This document shows positions 1-8,115 of a stretch of DNA of 64,000 nt, piece by piece. The notes under the pieces were generated by a model. That model saw nothing but the letters and a program-made list of their open reading frames with translations, did not search any database and was not told the origin of the DNA. The stretch is from an uncultured Candidatus Micrarchaeota archaeon (GTDB lineage Archaea; Micrarchaeota; Micrarchaeia; Anstonellales; Bilamarchaeaceae): positions 512,001 to 576,000 of the forward strand of contig OY970229.1 in the NCBI GenBank assembly GCA_963714085.1, given 5' to 3'. The position numbers and the translations under genes were made by a program. How positions within the stretch are numbered: the first letter of the stretch is position 1; each line of letters opens with the position of its first letter.

Positions 1-265
1 GTGCGAGTTTCGCTACCGCCAAGTCTGTTTCGCTAACCTGTTTCTTTTGAGCAAATGCCGCGGCCACAGATAACACCCCATCCGTATTGTTTTCATTACC
101 CCGATAACGCTTATAAAGGTGCTCAACGGAGGGGAGCAGAGTGGACCAAAGTGTCACGGCTGCGGTCAGACCCGCAAGGGCGGGCCTGCGCCTGCTCTTG
201 TGCCGGAATTGACTGCCGTAACTGATACTCCCTGCCTCTCCCATCATTACACCACTATATCCCAT
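1..265 (-). CDS. Hypothetical protein, 5' part only (runs off the window edge); has an N-terminal hydrophobic segment
   Basis: Manual translation gives MGYSGVMMGEAGSISYGSQFRHKSRRRPALAGLTAAVTLWSTLLPSVE..., open to position 1; TATA-like TTTTTAAA about 20 nt upstream on the minus strand. Confidence 0.5.
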   Translation of the reverse strand, partial: MGYSGVMMGEAGSISYGSQFRHKSRRRPALAGLTAAVTLWSTLLPSVEHLYKRYRGNENNTDGVLSVAAAFAQKKQVSETDLAVAKLA

Positions 266-367
266 TTATGACGAATACTTTAAAAAGGTGCCGGCGAAGC
301 CACTAATCTAGAACAAGGATAACTTTGTCGTAAGTGTTTATAAACGGGTGCCTGGGGGGTGTTGCAG

Positions 368-532
368 TCACTCTTTTTCGTCGTTGAGGAAGCGCTTCAC
401 GTCGTCCTTCCGGTCGCGGAAGCACCTTTCGCAGAATACATAACTGTACCCGATCAGGCTTTTCCCGAAAACAGTTTCCTTTTCTGAGAGCGTCTTCCCG
501 CAGAGGTTACACGCCCGGTCGCCATCGAACAT
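368..532 (-). CDS. Small zinc-finger protein
   Basis: CNLC...CERC pair; the likely start is MFDGDRAC (ORF track starts at 559). Confidence 0.6.
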   Translation of the reverse strand: MFDGDRACNLCGKTLSEKETVFGKSLIGYSYVFCERCFRDRKDDVKRFLNDEKE

Positions 533-666
533 ACCCGCCACCTCGGAAGCATAACGCAAAGAAGGAATATAATGCTATCATGCCGCCAGGAGCCCGGTTT
601 GCTCGGCTTGCAAAAAGACAACGGTTATAATAGTAAGCGAGCAAAGTCAGATTTCACTGCTCTTAA

Positions 667-750
667 GCAGGGGTGGCGGAGCGGCCAAACGCGTCAGGTT
701 CAGGGCCTGATGGCTTAGTGCCTTCAAGAGTTCAAATCTCTTCCCCTGCA
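667..750 (+). tRNA. tRNA-Leu(CAG)
   Basis: GCAGGGG/CCCCTGC acceptor stem, TCAGG-TTCAGGG-CCTGA anticodon arm, long variable arm, TTCAAAT T-loop. Confidence 0.95.
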
Positions 751-878
751 TTTTCCCATTCCGCCAGTGCAAAGCTTTACATACTTATCATGCAAATTAG
801 CCCCAAGACAATCCGGTTCTTTCGAGCCGGGCGTCGTTTGAGGCGCAGGAAGCGCCTGGAAAAAAATAGGTGAAATGA

Positions 879-1019
879 ATGGCATATGAAGGCGGAGACA
901 GGCCCATGTACGATGCGGTCTGCTCTAAATGTGGCCAGCCCTGCCAGGTTCCCTTCAAACCGACTGAAGGAAGGCCTGTCTATTGCAGGAACTGCTACAA
1001 ACCGAAATCGAGATTCTGA
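879..1019 (+). CDS. CxxC-x17-CxxC domain zinc-ribbon protein (46 aa, below the ORF-track cutoff)
   Basis: MAYEGGDRPMYDAVCSKCGQPCQVPFKPTEGRPVYCRNCYKPKSRF; AGGTGA RBS upstream; VPFKP..GRPVYC signature. Confidence 0.9.
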   Translation: MAYEGGDRPMYDAVCSKCGQPCQVPFKPTEGRPVYCRNCYKPKSRF

Positions 1020-1068
1020 AACCCGCCAAAACCGGGCTTGACGAATTTCCATTAATTTTTTGGGTTTT

Positions 1069-1779
1069 TTATAGGACTTGTTCTCGGCTTATTTGTATGC
1101 TCTGGGATACCCCGAGCAACCCCATCGCGAGCTTCATCTCATCGATCGTCATCTGGCCCGGAGCCACCTCACCTGAGAGCGAGCAGTAGGCGAGAGGCGA
1201 GCCGAGCGCCAGGGACGCTATGCGCGTTATCCTCCCTTGCTCGCCCATGGCGAACGCGACGAGCTTCACACCCCTGTTTTCCGCTATGTCAAGCAGGTGG
1301 AGGATGTCTATGCAATCACGGTGGTTCCTCGCCATGGTCGCGATTTTCACCATGTCGCCCAGCTCCGCGGCTTTTTCCAGCCATTTGACGAGCACGCTGA
1401 AGCTCGGCGTTCCTTCAAATGAGTGTTTCGACACCATGGTCTGGCAGTTTTTGCGCTCTGCCATCCTCCTCAGGCGTCGTATGGCCTCTGCGCCGGTCTC
1501 GAGCTCTATGTCTACGTAAGCGGCGCCTGCATCGATTGCGAACCCGAGTGTTTCCAGCCTTTTGTTTTCCAGGCCCTTATACTGGCCGCCGTCGCGTCTT
1601 TTCCTGCAGGTCGCGATCACCGGAAGCGCGCTATCCCGGGTTATCCTGGTTATATTGGGTTCGTAATCAAGAAAATCTATCCTGACCTCTGCGAAATCCG
1701 CGCCCCGCTGCCTGGCATTTTTGATCGCGGCCACGCACGCACGCGCGTTTCTCTCTTTTATGCAGGCTACAAGCGCCAT
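1069..1779 (-). CDS. aroD: Type I 3-dehydroquinate dehydratase
   Basis: EVRIDFL, IATCR..DGGQY, YVDIEL, SKHSFEGTP, MVKIA, FAMGEQGRITR, APGQ motifs. Confidence 0.9.
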   Translation of the reverse strand: MALVACIKERNARACVAAIKNARQRGADFAEVRIDFLDYEPNITRITRDSALPVIATCRKRRDGGQYKGLENKRLETLGFAIDAGAAYVDIELETGAEAIRRLRRMAERKNCQTMVSKHSFEGTPSFSVLVKWLEKAAELGDMVKIATMARNHRDCIDILHLLDIAENRGVKLVAFAMGEQGRITRIASLALGSPLAYCSLSGEVAPGQMTIDEMKLAMGLLGVSQSIQISREQVL

Positions 1780-1843
1780 GTCATCAGCCTTTCAGTTTTC
1801 ATACCCACTAGTATACATGGCTATAAACTTTTAACCTTTTCTG

Positions 1844-2130
1844 CCAAGAAGTCCCCTTCCTTGCCGTAAGGCAGGGAGGGGATGAATTGGCTACCGTTAT
1901 AAATTTTTCTTCCATAAAGGAATCTGCCGCTGACCCGTAGGCAAAGATAAGAACGTCGCAAAACGAACTATCTGCACAAATCCATGTATTTGCGTAAAGC
2001 CGTCTTGGATGCAATGCAGAGGCGGAATACCGTCGGGAGGACGGGACTGCAAGCCTGACCGAGAATCCATCGGGTATTCGATGAAGCAGGAAGCCACGAC
2101 TTCGGCGAAAACCAAGTCGCGGTACTTCAC
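1844..2130 (+). mobile_element. Internally deleted, non-autonomous IS200/IS605-family (tnpB) remnant
   Basis: Left-end-like hairpin at 1852-1882 followed by TGAATTGG; TnpB-like fragments RRKTNYLHKS, LRKAVLDA and TVGRTGLQA in one frame at 1951-2058; SMKQEA-coding stretch; right-end hairpin at 2094-2122 followed by TACTTCAC. Confidence 0.7.
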
Positions 2131-2316
2131 AGCCAACTATGTATCCGTATTACACCTTGATAAAACAGCAATGGCCAGGCATCAGAGAGAGTCCGAGCGC
2201 GGGATTACGGCCCGGACACGGATTTTGGCTGAAGAAGGATTAGTACATGGATTACCTTAAATAAGCACAATTATAAATATAAGCCCGCATAATATAATTA
2301 CTTATACAGGTGCACA

Positions 2317-2994
2317 TTGATGAGAATTAGCGAAATGGAGAGAATGGTTGCCGTAGCCCATGCCAAAACGGCCAGGTCAGGCTTGAGCCATACCCGTGCG
2401 GCTCTGGGCAAGCTGATGCCATTGCTGTCGCAGTGGAATGGATCAAAGGATTTTTCTGACGCTGTCGAAGCCGTGGAGACGTCCCACAAGAGGGATATCG
2501 AAGAGATCGGACGCAAGCGCAACGAGGCAGAAGCTGCTTTGGCCAGGGCGCATGAAATGGATGGAGGGGCCCTACACCACGATAGCATAGATTTCACAAA
2601 GAAAAGAAGCATGTGTGTCAAAATCGCGCCCGGGAATGTTCCTGTATTCTCGGTTTATCAGGCACCAAAAAGCCACGAGACGAATATCGCGGCTCTGCCG
2701 TGGCTGGCGTTCTGGGCAGGGGCGGGAATAACTTTCGTGGTTAAAAACTCGATGCACGGACAAGGCCAGAAAGCCCCGGACACTGCCCGGGAGGTGGCAT
2801 GCATGGCGCTTGTCGGAGGCATTGCGTTCGCAGTTACGAAGATAGTCAGCGCGATCGCCAGGTTCAACCAGTTCACCCCGAAGGAATTCGATCATAGGGT
2901 GGCCGAAGCAAGCGCGGCCGTGCAATCTGCCTTGATAGCAATCAACCAGGAGCTGGGTGGCGAAAGCGACACGGGGAACGGTTCCGAAAAATAG
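2317..2994 (+). CDS. Hypothetical protein with two hydrophobic segments
   Basis: 225-aa ORF; TTATAAAT upstream; no family recognised. Confidence 0.65.
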   Translation: MMRISEMERMVAVAHAKTARSGLSHTRAALGKLMPLLSQWNGSKDFSDAVEAVETSHKRDIEEIGRKRNEAEAALARAHEMDGGALHHDSIDFTKKRSMCVKIAPGNVPVFSVYQAPKSHETNIAALPWLAFWAGAGITFVVKNSMHGQGQKAPDTAREVACMALVGGIAFAVTKIVSAIARFNQFTPKEFDHRVAEASAAVQSALIAINQELGGESDTGNGSEK

Positions 2995-3006
2995 CCCTGC
3001 CCGTTT

Positions 3007-3450
3007 TCATTCGCGCTTCTTGAGCACCTTGCCTATCGGATAGCCGCTTATCACCATGTGCTTTAGCATGTCGCGGTCAGGCACGTCCATGCGGTCTATC
3101 TGCCTCAAGCGGTCCGCGTATCTCCGGTACGCTTTCACTGCCGCGGCGTAGGCGTCGCGTATGTGCGGATCCACGATGTCCCTTCCCATCATCCTCTTCT
3201 GCTCCTTGCTGAGCGATTTCCGCGGGTTGAACAACTTGAGCTGGTAGCGTGCCGCGACCTTCTGCACGAAATGCGACGGCGGCGAGGTGTCGGACGCGAT
3301 GAGCGACGGCGTGCCGACCGAGGATATTATCCTGACAATGCGCTCGTCGTTCGCTTCCTTTTCGACTCCGGAACAGACGAGATTCCCGGAGAGGTCGAGC
3401 ATCGCATAGCCGGTCTTTATGCCCGCGTCAACGCCCACGATCAGATGTAT
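3007..3450 (-). CDS. DUF460-like RNase H-fold protein
   Basis: HLIVGVDAGIKTGYAMLDLSG, IASDT.P, H.RDAYAAA; start uncertain (GTG at 3438 or ATA at 3450). Confidence 0.75.
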   Translation of the reverse strand: MHLIVGVDAGIKTGYAMLDLSGNLVCSGVEKEANDERIVRIISSVGTPSLIASDTSPPSHFVQKVAARYQLKLFNPRKSLSKEQKRMMGRDIVDPHIRDAYAAAVKAYRRYADRLRQIDRMDVPDRDMLKHMVISGYPIGKVLKKRE

Positions 3451-3460
3451 CGAATCAGCC

Positions 3461-4693
3461 TCATTCCAGTTCCTTCGCGAACCTGAGCTCCTGCTTCACG
3501 TAGACGCGCGAGTGGGGCGGGACGTTCTTGTTCACCACCACGCCGGAGCTTATCCAGCTCCCCTCGCCGATGAGCTTGCCCGGCATGGTGCAGGAGAGCA
3601 CGCCGAACCGCACCCCGTCGCCGATCACGGCGCCGAACTTGGTCCTGCCGGTGTTCGCCCAGCCGCGCTCGGTCTGCACGTTCACTGTGGAGGCGTCGAA
3701 CCTGTAATTCGCCAGCTGCGTGCCGGAGCCGAAGTTCACGTCCTCGCCGACCACCGAGTCGCCGATGTAAGAGAGATGCTTCGCCTTTATGCTGTCGAAA
3801 AGCACGGAGTTCTTCACCGTGGTGGACTCGCCTATCTCGCAGTTGGCCCCGATGGCGTTCACGCCGCGCAGGTATGCGTTCGGGCCGATCACCGTGTTCG
3901 CCCCGATGTAGGACGTCCCCTCCACGTAGCTGTTTATTATCCTGGAGCCCGGCTCCATGATGAGCTTGCCCTTGATTGTGCTGTTCTCTATGGTCTCGTT
4001 ACGCGCCTCCATCCTCTCCAGGAGCCACTCGTTGGCGGTAAGAAGGTCCCACGGATGCGCGATGTCCATCCAGAAACCGTCCACGACCACCGCCCTGGCG
4101 CCTAGGAAAATGCTGACGATCTCGTACTCCCCGCGCGCTGATTTGCCGATCGCACGGATCTTGGGGAACACGGACGGATCCATACAGTAGATCGAGAGGT
4201 TCGCAAGATCGGATTTCGGGTGCTGGGGCTTCTCCTCGAACAGGCTCACCGTGTCGCCTGAAAGCTCGACCACCCCGTAGAGGTGGGGATTGGCCACCTT
4301 CTTCACCCCGATGGTCACCCCGCCCTTGTGCGTTTTGAGTACCTGTTTGATGACGCCGGCCTCGGTGACCGTGTCCCCTGCGAGCACGAGGAATGTTTCC
4401 TTCATCTCCTTCTCTGCCGAGAGTATCGCCGCAGCGGTGCCGTTCTGGGGGCCCTGCTCCACGAACGTCAGCTTCATGCCGAGCTCTTTCTCTTCGGCCC
4501 TGAGATAATCGATTATCTTCTCCTTCTGGTAGCGTACGACGATCACCGCCTCGGTGACGCCGGCCTTCTTGGCTTCGACCAGGAGGTGATGCAGGATGGG
4601 TTTTCCGGCAACCGGAAGCATGACCTTGGGCCGCGTGGCCGTGAGGGGGAGCAGCCTCACCCCGTCCCCGGCTGCCATTATCACTGCTTTCAT
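3461..4693 (-). CDS. glmU: Bifunctional sugar-1-phosphate nucleotidyltransferase/acetyltransferase (GlmU-like)
   Basis: MKAVIMAAGDGVRLLPLT..RPKVMLPVAGKP N-terminus plus hexapeptide repeats and HLSYIGDS; the ORF-track extension to 5590 is antisense to purP. Confidence 0.9.
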   Translation of the reverse strand: MKAVIMAAGDGVRLLPLTATRPKVMLPVAGKPILHHLLVEAKKAGVTEAVIVVRYQKEKIIDYLRAEEKELGMKLTFVEQGPQNGTAAAILSAEKEMKETFLVLAGDTVTEAGVIKQVLKTHKGGVTIGVKKVANPHLYGVVELSGDTVSLFEEKPQHPKSDLANLSIYCMDPSVFPKIRAIGKSARGEYEIVSIFLGARAVVVDGFWMDIAHPWDLLTANEWLLERMEARNETIENSTIKGKLIMEPGSRIINSYVEGTSYIGANTVIGPNAYLRGVNAIGANCEIGESTTVKNSVLFDSIKAKHLSYIGDSVVGEDVNFGSGTQLANYRFDASTVNVQTERGWANTGRTKFGAVIGDGVRFGVLSCTMPGKLIGEGSWISSGVVVNKNVPPHSRVYVKQELRFAKELE

Positions 4694-4762
4694 GACGGGA
4701 TTATCACGCTCAGCAATTATATGGTTTTCTGTTGCACATTTTTCCAAACAATTAAATATTCC

Positions 4763-5824
4763 ATGCCAACAATATACGATATGCTCGACAGGAAGAAATC
4801 GGGGGACATACTCTCTAGTTATAAAGGCAAATTCACCATCGCCACGATATGCTCGCACTCCGCGCTGCAGATATTCAGCGGGGCGCGCCGCGAGGGCGTG
4901 AAGACCATAGGCATCTGCAAGAGGGAGAACCGCAAGCTGTACGAATCGTTCCCTCTCGCCAAGCCGGACGAGTTCTTGATAGTGGACGATTACAAGGACA
5001 TCCCGGTGCCCGAGCTCGTGGCGCGGAACGCGATCGTGGTGCCGCACGGCTCGTTCGTCGAGTACGTGGGCGAGAAGTACGACGACCTGGAGGTCCCGAT
5101 ATACGGCAACCGGGCGTCCATATCCTGGGAGCGCTCCCGCGACAAGATGTTCGAATGGATGAGGAAGGCGGGCATAAGGACGCCCAAGATAATGAAGCCT
5201 GAAGAGATAGCCGGGCCCGCGCTGGTGAAGTTCCCCGGGGCCAAGGGCGGCCGCGGCTACACCATAGTGAGCTCCTACGATGAGTTCCGCAGGCGGGTGG
5301 GCGAAAGGAAATGCATGGTGCAGGAGTTCCTGATAGGCGTAAGGGCATACCCTCATTTCTTCTTCTCGCCGATCTCGCAGATCGGCTACCCGACGGCCCA
5401 TGGCAGGCTTGAGCTGCTTGGCGTGGACAAACGGGTCGAATCGAGTGCAGACGAGATAGCCAGGGCGGTTTCCGCAGGGCTCACGCCCAGGCTGAGCTTC
5501 ACTGTGATAGGCAACGAGCCCATGGTTCTGCGGGAATCGCTGCTCACCGATTACATGGAGATAGGCAGGAGGGTATCCGACATATCGCACCTGCTCTTCG
5601 GCGGCATGATAGGGCCGTTCTGCATAGAGACCATAATCACCGAGGACCTGGAGATATACGCCTTCGAACTCAGCGCGCGCATAGTCGCTGGCACGAACAT
5701 GTACCCCCAGGGATCCCCCTATTCCTCCTTTTACTACAAGGAGCCGATGTCCACAGGCAGGCGCATAGCGCGCGAGCTCAAGGACGCGGTGAAGAAAAAG
5801 AGATTAAAGGAGATAGTGTACTGA
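4763..5824 (+). CDS. purP: PurP-family ATP-grasp formate-dependent AICAR formyltransferase
   Basis: IATICSHSALQI, PHGSFVEY, KFPGAKGGRGY, GPFCIE, FELSARIVAGTN, MSTGRRIARE. Confidence 0.9.
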   Translation: MPTIYDMLDRKKSGDILSSYKGKFTIATICSHSALQIFSGARREGVKTIGICKRENRKLYESFPLAKPDEFLIVDDYKDIPVPELVARNAIVVPHGSFVEYVGEKYDDLEVPIYGNRASISWERSRDKMFEWMRKAGIRTPKIMKPEEIAGPALVKFPGAKGGRGYTIVSSYDEFRRRVGERKCMVQEFLIGVRAYPHFFFSPISQIGYPTAHGRLELLGVDKRVESSADEIARAVSAGLTPRLSFTVIGNEPMVLRESLLTDYMEIGRRVSDISHLLFGGMIGPFCIETIITEDLEIYAFELSARIVAGTNMYPQGSPYSSFYYKEPMSTGRRIARELKDAVKKKRLKEIVY

Positions 5825-5833
5825 TTATAGCGG

Positions 5834-6576
5834 GTGTTCGACATCTCCGAAAACATCGTACCTAAGCACATCGCCATCATCCCGGACGGAAAGAAGGCCT
5901 TTCGGTTTTTTTAAGAAAGGCTGGAACCGCAAACCGGAGATGGGCGCAGAAGAGGGGCATAAGCAAGAGAGAGGGCTACGCCACGGGAATCCAGAAAATA
6001 GGCGACGTCCTCAAATGGTGCAAGGAGATGGACGTCCGCATGCTCACCATGTGGGGTTTCTCCACCGACAACTTCAAACGCGACAAAGACGAGGTGGACG
6101 AGCTCTTCGGGCTCTTCAAGGAGAACCTGAAGAAGGCGCTGGATTCCGACGAGAAGAACAGATACGAGGTGCGCGTGCGGTTCCTGGGCAGGATAAACCT
6201 GTTCCCGAACGAGATCCAGGAGATGATAAGGAAGGCGGAGGAGATAAGCGCCAAGAACTCCGCCTACCAGCTGAACCTCCTGCTATCCTACGGCGGCAGG
6301 GAGGAGCTGGTGGACGCAGTGAACTCGATGCTCAAGGAGGGGCTCAAAGAGGTGGACGAGAAGGCGATATCGGACCATCTCTACACCGCGGGACTGCCTG
6401 ACCCGGACATCGTGATACGGACATCCGGCGAGCAGAGGCTCTCGGGCCTCATGCCCTGGCAGTGCACGTATTCGGAGTTCTACTTCTGCGACAAATTATG
6501 GCCGGATTTCTCGAAAGATGATTTCATCGACGCGCTCGACACGTTCGCGAAGAGGAAAAGGAGATTCGGGAAATAG
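5834..6576 (+). CDS. uppS: cis-prenyltransferase (polyprenyl diphosphate synthase) in two exons, 5834-5891 and 5933-6576; 233 aa if spliced
   Basis: Exon 1 is VFDISENIVPKHIAIIPDG; exon 2 is NRRWAQKRG...FSTDNFKR...YGGREE...PDIVIRTSGEQRLSG; joining them restores PKHIAIIPDGNRRWA. Confidence 0.9.
5892..5932 (+). other. Candidate 41-nt BHB-type (tRNA-endonuclease) intron in uppS mRNA
   Basis: Exon helix CATC-CCGG/CCGG-A-GATG, central ACGG/CCGC, two AAA bulges, internal stem GCCTTTC/GAAAGGC; the unspliced frame stops at a TAA inside the insert. Confidence 0.8.
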
Positions 6577-6585
6577 CATGCGGAT

Positions 6586-6996
6586 TTATAAGTAGGCTCT
6601 TGCCGGAATCCTCGCCTGCGGCGAGTCCCAGTGGCGCAATCTTGTCTTCAGGGAGCTCTTGTATGAGAACGCTCTGTGAACGATATAAGCCCGCTTCTCC
6701 GAACAATGCGTTATGTGCTTTTGAGAAAGTTGGCACAGGACCAAGCCGACATCCCTACGTACTGCTTTAGAAAGATTGTTCTCGCTCCTGGATGCATCCG
6801 CTTCCAGTATAGCCTCAAGCTTCTGCGCCGTCTCCGGACCGCCGTTTGCCCGCAGCCACAGCGCAGCGCGTGCCCTCGCCACGGGGACATCTGAAAGAAG
6901 GCTTCTTATCCGCCGCTGCTCCATGGAAGTACCAGCCCTATCGACCGCGAGTGGTGGTTCGAGAATTGGTCGTTCACAAATGGCCGACGTTGGCAT
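6586..6996 (-). CDS. Hypothetical protein
   Basis: 136-aa ORF with TTATAAAT upstream; no recognisable motif. Confidence 0.5.
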   Translation of the reverse strand: MPTSAICERPILEPPLAVDRAGTSMEQRRIRSLLSDVPVARARAALWLRANGGPETAQKLEAILEADASRSENNLSKAVRRDVGLVLCQLSQKHITHCSEKRAYIVHRAFSYKSSLKTRLRHWDSPQARIPARAYL

Positions 6997-7077
6997 GGGC
7001 GCACCTGTGTTAGAATCGACGTGCAGATTTATAATTGTTGCGTTTTTTCACGATTTCCCACCTTGAAAGGGGAAATA

Positions 7078-7166
7078 TGCCGCAGGCCAGATTTGAACTA
7101 GCGACCCCACCGTGTCCGAAATGGTTTTCCTTCAGCGGTGTGCTCTCCCAGCTGAGCTACTGCGGC
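7078..7166 (-). tRNA. tRNA-Phe(GAA) with a 16-nt intron at canonical position 37/38
   Basis: GCCGCAG/CTGCGGC acceptor stem; CACCG-CTGAAG[GAAAACCATTTCGGAC]A-CGGTG; central helix CTGA/TCGG. Confidence 0.93.
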
Positions 7167-7252
7167 GTCAGCACGGGAGTTAAAGTGGATAAGGATTTTA
7201 AACGAGTTGGTGGGTGATTGCTTGCCTGCGGGCAAGGCTCACCTTTTTGGTG

Positions 7253-7473
7253 GGTGAGGGGCATAGTCTGCCTTCTGTGGCCCGGAAACCGGGGCGGCAT
7301 TGTACTGAGCGTAGGAAAACCTACTTGCTCCGTCATCAGGAGGGAAGCGCTCGTTTCATCCCTTGCGGGTATCGTTTCTGTACCGCTTCCAAGGCCCTTG
7401 AAGCCTTCGCTCCCTCGCGGAGGGCAGAACTTCCTCACTTCCTCGCGGAAGCGTGAGCCGCCTGCCCCTCACC
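7253..7473 (-). ncRNA. rnpB: RNase P RNA (about 221 nt, reduced)
   Basis: P1 GGTGAGGGGCA/TGCCCCTCACC, P2 GGCGGC/GCCGCC, P4 GAGGAAGTTCTGCC...ACAGAAGGCAGACTA, and ACAGAAA and TGAAAC conserved regions. Confidence 0.88.
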
Positions 7474-7527
7474 TGCGTATACTAGGCACAGGCAGCAATA
7501 AAATCATTCCGTTTCCCAATCCCACCC

Positions 7528-8115
7528 ATGAGGTACGAGCTGGTCATATTCGATTTCAACGATACCATCGGGCACCTCACCGTGCGCTGGTCCGACGTCA
7601 AGAGAGAGCTGGTGGAGTGGGCGAAAGCCAACGACGGGAAGATAGACCCTGCGGACCATATAATCGTCATCGCGAACGAGCTGTCCATGCGGCCTGACGG
7701 CAAGAAGAAGGTCGTGGAGCTGTTCGACAGGTACGAAAGCGAGTGCGTGGGGAAGAAAACGTATCTCCTCTTCCCGAGCATGGTCGGGCTGATGAAAGAC
7801 CTGAAGAAAGCCGGATACCGGCTTGCGATAGCGACCGGGAACGAGGTCGGGACCGTATCAAGCATACTCGAAATAGGAGGCCTGGACGGCCTGGTCGAGT
7901 GTATATCGGGCATCGACACGGTCAGGATAAGCAAGCCCGACCCTGAAACCCTTGACAATATCGTCACGAAGCTCGGCGTCGACAAGAAACGGGCTCTTTT
8001 CATAGGCAACAGCGATTTCGACGTGCTGTGCGGGAAGAACGCGGGGATAGAGACGATAAAAATCAGGACGCTCTGGGAGGACGACGTGTCGATGCTGAGG
8101 GAGATGCTGCTCTGA
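7528..8115 (+). CDS. HAD-superfamily hydrolase (phosphoglycolate phosphatase-like)
   Basis: VIFDFNDT, AIATGN, SKPDPE, FIGNSDFD. Confidence 0.85.
   Translation: MRYELVIFDFNDTIGHLTVRWSDVKRELVEWAKANDGKIDPADHIIVIANELSMRPDGKKKVVELFDRYESECVGKKTYLLFPSMVGLMKDLKKAGYRLAIATGNEVGTVSSILEIGGLDGLVECISGIDTVRISKPDPETLDNIVTKLGVDKKRALFIGNSDFDVLCGKNAGIETIKIRTLWEDDVSMLREMLL

Noticed and set aside
2009..2260. 83-aa ORF as a real gene
   Set aside because: It runs across the tnpB tail and right-end remnant (SMKQEA...FT) and is better explained as part of the element
4283..5590. Long N-terminal extensions of the glmU (709 aa) and purP (513 aa) ORFs
   Set aside because: Each extension is the antisense shadow of the divergent neighbour; the family motifs start at 4693 and about 4763
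6028..6576. uppS as a simple 182-aa ORF or a decayed pseudogene
   Set aside because: The short ORF lacks the catalytic Asp motif, which is present upstream. The only lesion is one precisely excisable structured insert, so a pseudogene is less likely but not excluded
7157..7697. ORFs of 80-159 aa in this interval
   Set aside because: They overlap the RNase P RNA, tRNA-Phe and the HAD gene and have no protein-like features
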